A stretch of 63,989 bases of DNA, counting the filler, from an uncultured bacterium (GTDB taxonomy: Bacteria; Latescibacterota; UBA2968), in NCBI GenBank assembly GCA_964471275.1. It is 7 parts of 7 records of this genome, joined end to end, with 100 filler letters (N's around TTAATTAATTAA, not from the genome) between each part and the next. Parts side by side here need not be neighbours in the genome. Positions count along the whole stretch, not along the records: positions 55,216 to 63,989 come from CAYYGZ010000195.1; 6 more parts are not named here. One strand, given 5' to 3'. The notes under the pieces were generated by a model. That model was not told the origin of the DNA. It saw only the letters and a program-made list of their open reading frames with translations, and ran no database searches. The position numbers were made by a program, and so were the translations under genes. Positions within the stretch are counted from its first letter, which is position 1. The number at the start of each line of letters is the position of its first letter. Shown here piece after piece: positions 58,953 to 63,989 of this stretch.

Positions 58953-60323
58953 TTATCGCTTGAGCGCCTCAGCGACCGGCATCCCAATCAATTCTTCCAA
59001 CGTGGCAATCTGAATTTGGTAGTCATAGCGCGCGCGGACGAGATCCGAGCGGGCGCCAAACAGACGAAGTTGAGCTTGCTGCCGGTTCAGGAAAGTCCCG
59101 GCCCCAAAGTTGTATGCCTCATCCTGCAGCCTGAAGTCCTGCTCCTGAGCCACGACTGATGCCTCGTTCGCTTCAATGCTGCGTCTCAGTTGCTCGAGGC
59201 GAAGAATGGCCCGGCGTACCTCGAGTCCCAGTTGACGTTTGGATTGCTCAAAGGTCTCCATCTGCTGAAGATACTGGATCTTCTGTCTCTTGATCGTGGT
59301 TGTTGTTCCCATGTTGAACACAGGGACGCTCACGGTGACCCCGACATTGTAGCGATAGTTTCTCAGGAACAGATCCTCGAGTCCGTCGAAGCTCTCGTCG
59401 TCCGATAGATTCCAGCTGTAGCTCCCGTTCAATCGCAACGTGGGTAGGCGTTGTCTATAACGCGTTGCGCGCAGATTGTCTTTTGCCCCGAGCATGCCGT
59501 GTTTGTCGGATGCCAGGGCGGGTCTCTCGCTCGCGATCCCGTAGGCCTTCTCGAAGGTCAGAGGGACAGGGTCGATCCGGATCTCGACTTCACTTGGGAT
59601 GACGCTCACATCCGCGGACAGGCCGAGGGTGAATGAGAGATTCGACCTGCTGATCTCCACGTCGTTCTCCCTCAGAATCAGCGTCGCCTTATGGCCCTCC
59701 AGATCCGCCTTGGCGCTGAAAACCTCCGATATCGGTGATGACCCGATTTCGTTGAGCGTCTCCGCCCGCCTCAGACTTTCCTCTGAAACACGAACTTGCT
59801 CTCTTTGCACCTCGAGCAAACTCATTGATTTGAGCAGCGTGTAGTAGTCTCGCTTCACCTCAAAGATCACGAGATCCTCGCTCGCAGCCAGATCGTAGCG
59901 TGTCGCCTGATAATTCTGTTTTGCGGCAGACAGATTAGCGAGGTTAGCCGCGTCGAACAGGGACACGTTCATCGATGCACTCACGCTCTGACCGCTGCTG
60001 GTGGTGCTCTCACCGACGGATTGGACCAGCGCACCGGTCGCTTCGTCGATGAACGATGCATTACGAGGTCCGTTGACGCTGTTCGAGTTGCCCCAACTGG
60101 CATTGAGCGTCGGCAGAAAGCTGGCCCGCGCCTGATCCACATCTGCGTCCCGCAGGTCACGCGTCATCTTGCCCTGAACGATACGGTTGTTCCGGCCCAG
60201 AGCGATCCGCACGCAATCCTCCAGCGAGAGCGTCTGTTGTTCCGGCTCTGTCTGAGCGATCGCGCTCCCGCCCACCACGCAAGCAAAGACGAAGAATAGG
60301 GTCCATTTTTGCAGATTGTTCAT
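58953..60323 (-). CDS. TolC family outer-membrane efflux protein
   Basis: Signal peptide, LSLEDCVRIAL..N, ARASFLPTL, VSVPVF and ARYDYQI..ATLE.LIG. Confidence 0.9.
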   Translation of the reverse strand: MNNLQKWTLFFVFACVVGGSAIAQTEPEQQTLSLEDCVRIALGRNNRIVQGKMTRDLRDADVDQARASFLPTLNASWGNSNSVNGPRNASFIDEATGALVQSVGESTTSSGQSVSASMNVSLFDAANLANLSAAKQNYQATRYDLAASEDLVIFEVKRDYYTLLKSMSLLEVQREQVRVSEESLRRAETLNEIGSSPISEVFSAKADLEGHKATLILRENDVEISRSNLSFTLGLSADVSVIPSEVEIRIDPVPLTFEKAYGIASERPALASDKHGMLGAKDNLRATRYRQRLPTLRLNGSYSWNLSDDESFDGLEDLFLRNYRYNVGVTVSVPVFNMGTTTTIKRQKIQYLQQMETFEQSKRQLGLEVRRAILRLEQLRRSIEANEASVVAQEQDFRLQDEAYNFGAGTFLNRQQAQLRLFGARSDLVRARYDYQIQIATLEELIGMPVAEALKR

Positions 60324-60441
60324 TCGAGATCCTGGATACCACCCGACAAACTGAATACGCGTCTGACACACCCAACGTTAGACGACAGAAACGAGGAAAA
60401 GTTACCCAACAAACACAAACGCCGTCAAGGGTTCGGTCCCG

Positions 60442-63400
60442 CTACTTGCCCCGATCGAGCACCGAGTAGACCGTCGGGATAATGACCAATGTGAGCAGCG
60501 TTGAGCTGATCAGCCCTGCGACAACGGTGATCGCCATCGGTGTCCTGATTTCAGCCCCATCTCCGAGGCCAAGGGCCATCGGCAGCAGACCGAGCACGGT
60601 GGTCGCCGTCGTCATCAGAATCGGACGGAGGCGAATCGACCCCGCCTCCACGATCGCATCGATCTTCTCCATTCCCTCACGTCGGAGCTGATTAATATAA
60701 TCGACCAGCACGATCGCGTTGTTCACGACGATCCCGGCGAGCATGATCATCCCGAGGAATACCACCACGCTGAGTGGAATACCCGCCGCAAAGAGCACCA
60801 CGATCACACCGATCAAGGCCAGCGGGATCGTGAACATGATCACCAGGGGATGGACAAACGATTCGAACTGCGAGGCCATTACGATATAGACCAGGAAGAT
60901 CGCGAGGGCCAGTGCGAAGGCCAGGCTGTCCAAAGAGGTTTCCATCTCCTTGTTCTGCCCGCCGATCACGAAGGTCACGTCTGAGGGAATGTCCATCCCT
61001 TCCAGGGATGTCTGGATATACGACGTCGCCGTTCCCAGGTCCAACCCAGATACGTTCGCCGAAATAAGAACCGCTCGCTGCTGATCGATACGCCTGATCT
61101 CGCTCGGTCCCTCGTGAACCTGAATGTCAGCAACCGAGGACAACCGGATCGGCACCTGACGTGCCCCCGGGTTTACAACCAACCTTCTCAGATCGTCCAC
61201 ACCGGTGCGATCCACCTCATCGACACGAACCAGAACGTCGATGCGCCGATCTTCCTTCCGGAATCGGGTGACGACATCCCCCTGTACCTTTTCGCGGACG
61301 AGAGTCGCCACATTCCGGATATTCAGATTGTATTTGGCCATCACGTCGCGGTCGTAGATGATCTGAACTTCGGGACTTCCCCGTTGGAGACTGGATTTCA
61401 CGTCGTAAAGCCCCGGAACCTCGGCCAGCCGTCTCTCGACCTTGCCGCCAAGACGCTGCAGATCGGACAGGTCATACCCCCGGATCTCCAGTTCAATCGG
61501 CGTTTTGAACGTGAACAGGGCCGGTCGTGAAAAATCCGTTCTAACCTGCGGTAGATCGATCAACCGAGAGCGAACTCGTTCCATCAGGTCGTCCTCGCGC
61601 TTGGCCAGCACGCTCTTGCCCGTGATCCCACCCCAGATCCGTAAAGGGAGACTCATCACGCTGCCGGCAAACGCATCGATAGGATTTGCGTCCGCGTTCG
61701 CGTCAGCTTCTTCCGCAAGGACGATCGTAATCGTAGCCGTGTGTTCCCCCTGATCGGATGAGAAAATTTCGGTCTTGTCCACACCGACCGACGTCGCCAT
61801 CTGATCGACTTCAGATTCCTCCAGAACGCGCTTCTCGATCTGGCTGATCATCCGGTCTGTGACCTCGAGCGGGGTGCCCACGGGAAGGGCCAGCTCGAGG
61901 TCGAATTGGCCCTGGTGGACCTGCGGGATCAGCTCAGATCCGAGCCACGGTACGAGGTAGAACATCACGAATGCAAACGGGATAACGGCCAGACCGATCG
62001 CTGACAGCCGATTCGAGAGTGCGGCACGCAGGACGGGCGGGTAGGCGCGTGTGACCTGAGAGAAACCTCGCTCGAAGAGATACAGAATGGGGGCGATAAA
62101 CGGGAGAACAAGCGCGGCAGACAGAATCAGCCCGACCGTTCCGGTCATGAACAACAGCAGCAGAATATGGATGAGCGCCTTACCGATCAGCATCAACACC
62201 GTGAAAATCAAGAATCTCAGGATCAGATAGACAGGTCCGAGTGGGACGAGAAGCAGCACGCCGATCGCGCCGAGCAGACCGGGAATCACCTTGAGGATTC
62301 GGCGGACCCAGCCGCCCAAGGCAACCCACTTGAGCGGTTTCAGAATCGAATGGATGGACCACCGGAATGCCCGGGGCAAGTCCTGCCCGAGCGAGCTGAT
62401 CGTCGCAAATTGGAGGAGATCCTCCCAGACAACCTTGACAAATGTCTTCCCGCGCAGTTCCCGATCCTCGGCGAACGTCCGAAGACCGGTCCATATATCT
62501 GCCACCGGCTTCTTGCGGATCCGGTTGACCAGTGCCCCGATCGGGAAAAACAGCAGAGCACCGATCACCAGGCTCAACGCCTTCAGTGTGGTCACCAACA
62601 GCGAAGCTACCAGCCACAACAGGCGGAAGACGAACTCCCCGACCATCCAGCCGACATAGCCAGAACCTTTTAGATAGGCGCCGACGTCGCCTTCCTGGGC
62701 GGTCATCTCACTCGCCAGCGACTTGATACGCTCGATCGACCTGAACGGCATGATCTCGGAGGCGGTAACGCGAGAGAGGGTTACGGTATCGTCAAACTCC
62801 CCGTCCTGATCACCGACCTTGATGTTTCTGGATGCCAGCATCGGGATCACAAAGAGGGCGACGCCGAGTGAGGCGAGCAGCGAGAATACGACCGTCAGCG
62901 CCATATCACCGAAAATCTGACCCGCGACGCCCTCGACAAAAACGATCGGAAAGAAGACTGCAACCGTCGTCAGTGTCGACGCGAACACGGCTCCGCCGAC
63001 ATCTCCGGTCCCTCGGACCGTAGCCGTCACGAGATCGTCGCCTTCCTCTCTACATCGGTATATGCTCTCGAGTACAACGATAGAGTTGTCCACAAGCATC
63101 CCGATACCCAGCGCCAACCCGCCGAGAGACATAACGTTCAGCGACACATTGAAGATGTTCATCGGTGCGAATGTTGCGACGATCGAAACGGGGATGGCAA
63201 CCCCGACGATCGTCGTGTGAACTGGATTCCGAAGAAAGACGTAGAGCACGAGAACGGCGAGCAACCCGCCGATCAGCGCGGTCTGCTTGACCTCATCGAC
63301 CGAATTCTTGATGAACTTGCTCTGATCGGATAGCATTTCGAGGTCGACACCCTCGGGCAGGGAGAAGGCAACATACTCCGTCATCTCCTTTAACTGTACG

Positions 63401-63989
63401 AACTGCCTCACCTGCGCCCGGCGGTCACCGGACTTGGCCTTCTCGATCTCGCCGGCCTTCAGCTTGCGCACATAATCGAGCTGCTCGGGTGTGCCGAACA
63501 GACGATCTCTCACACGTTTTGCTGTGGCGACGATGTTGGCGTCCGCTTCCTTGAAGATCTCGATCTCGACGCTCTCGACGCCGTTCACGCGTGTTACGAC
63601 CTCGCGCTCCTTGTTCGACCGAAGAACAGTGCCCACATCTCGTATGCGAATCTCGACCCCGTTACGCTCGCCAACCACCAGATTGGAAATGTCCTCCAGC
63701 GTCTGGAATTCGTTCAGCGTCCGAACCAGATACTGTGTTTGACCGTCGAGGAGGCTCCCGCCCGCGAGGTTCACGTTTTCCTCACGAAGCCGGTTGTTGA
63801 TATTCTTGATGCCAAGCCCCATCACGGCAAGCTGTGATTCGCTTATCTCGACGCGGATCTCCTCCTCAAGCCCCCCAGAAACACGCGCCGCAGCCACTCC
63901 CTTCAGGGCTTCCAGCTCCTGCTTGATCTCTTCTTCTGCGATCAGCCGCAGATCGAAAAGATCCAGATTCCCATACAGCCCCACCCTCA
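60442..63989 (-). CDS. RND efflux transporter permease (AcrB/AcrD/AcrF family), 5' end outside window
   Basis: GMLVDNSIVVLE, ASTLTTVAVFFP, GIVVNNAIVLVD and RLRPILMT. Confidence 0.95.
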   Translation of the reverse strand, partial: RVGLYGNLDLFDLRLIAEEEIKQELEALKGVAAARVSGGLEEEIRVEISESQLAVMGLGIKNINNRLREENVNLAGGSLLDGQTQYLVRTLNEFQTLEDISNLVVGERNGVEIRIRDVGTVLRSNKEREVVTRVNGVESVEIEIFKEADANIVATAKRVRDRLFGTPEQLDYVRKLKAGEIEKAKSGDRRAQVRQFVQLKEMTEYVAFSLPEGVDLEMLSDQSKFIKNSVDEVKQTALIGGLLAVLVLYVFLRNPVHTTIVGVAIPVSIVATFAPMNIFNVSLNVMSLGGLALGIGMLVDNSIVVLESIYRCREEGDDLVTATVRGTGDVGGAVFASTLTTVAVFFPIVFVEGVAGQIFGDMALTVVFSLLASLGVALFVIPMLASRNIKVGDQDGEFDDTVTLSRVTASEIMPFRSIERIKSLASEMTAQEGDVGAYLKGSGYVGWMVGEFVFRLLWLVASLLVTTLKALSLVIGALLFFPIGALVNRIRKKPVADIWTGLRTFAEDRELRGKTFVKVVWEDLLQFATISSLGQDLPRAFRWSIHSILKPLKWVALGGWVRRILKVIPGLLGAIGVLLLVPLGPVYLILRFLIFTVLMLIGKALIHILLLLFMTGTVGLILSAALVLPFIAPILYLFERGFSQVTRAYPPVLRAALSNRLSAIGLAVIPFAFVMFYLVPWLGSELIPQVHQGQFDLELALPVGTPLEVTDRMISQIEKRVLEESEVDQMATSVGVDKTEIFSSDQGEHTATITIVLAEEADANADANPIDAFAGSVMSLPLRIWGGITGKSVLAKREDDLMERVRSRLIDLPQVRTDFSRPALFTFKTPIELEIRGYDLSDLQRLGGKVERRLAEVPGLYDVKSSLQRGSPEVQIIYDRDVMAKYNLNIRNVATLVREKVQGDVVTRFRKEDRRIDVLVRVDEVDRTGVDDLRRLVVNPGARQVPIRLSSVADIQVHEGPSEIRRIDQQRAVLISANVSGLDLGTATSYIQTSLEGMDIPSDVTFVIGGQNKEMETSLDSLAFALALAIFLVYIVMASQFESFVHPLVIMFTIPLALIGVIVVLFAAGIPLSVVVFLGMIMLAGIVVNNAIVLVDYINQLRREGMEKIDAIVEAGSIRLRPILMTTATTVLGLLPMALGLGDGAEIRTPMAITVVAGLISSTLLTLVIIPTVYSVLDRGK

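Noticed and set aside
1..63989. CRISPR arrays, tRNA/rRNA genes, prophage or defence systems
   Set aside because: No regularly spaced repeats, cloverleaf or rRNA signatures, or recognisable phage or defence genes were seen by eye.

Overview
This window is not one locus. It holds seven unrelated contigs of about 9 kb from a GC-rich bacterial draft genome or MAG, joined by artificial 100-nt linkers (N44-TTAATTAATTAA-N44) at 9289, 18669, 27823, 36942, 46044 and 55116. Synteny only means something within a contig. A dockerin/cohesin protein with an FCB-type C-terminal domain, and the many PhyH, glycoside hydrolase and Gfo/Idh/MocA genes, suggest an FCB-group organism such as Latescibacterota (inference). 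Contig 1: lysine riboswitch-dapA-dapB, HAD, Ldh_2, Fpg/Nei, and a decayed M16 peptidase pair split by GxxExxY remnants and tandem PhyH genes, then an ispH end. Contig 2: tandem queF-like genes, M42 peptidase, a catalytically degenerate GH39-like protein, an isomerase/GS-like/Fe-ADH operon, BFN nuclease, AKR and ychF. Contig 3: glycoside hydrolase, UroD-like, Gfo/Idh/MocA, GH78, senB and rhodanese. Contig 4: Tex, propeller hydrolases, alkA, YdjC and Nudix genes. Contig 5: aldolase, PncC, enolase-superfamily dehydratase, OCD, the large secreted protein and mazG. Contig 6: a heavily tailoring amino-sugar/glycan cluster. Contig 7: an envelope operon, an orphan flgM and TolC/RND. The most intriguing signal is a full-length selenosugar synthase gene (senB) interrupted by one in-frame UGA followed by a SECIS-like hairpin. 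That must be weighed against the many other disrupted genes in the window. No rRNA, tRNA or CRISPR array was seen.
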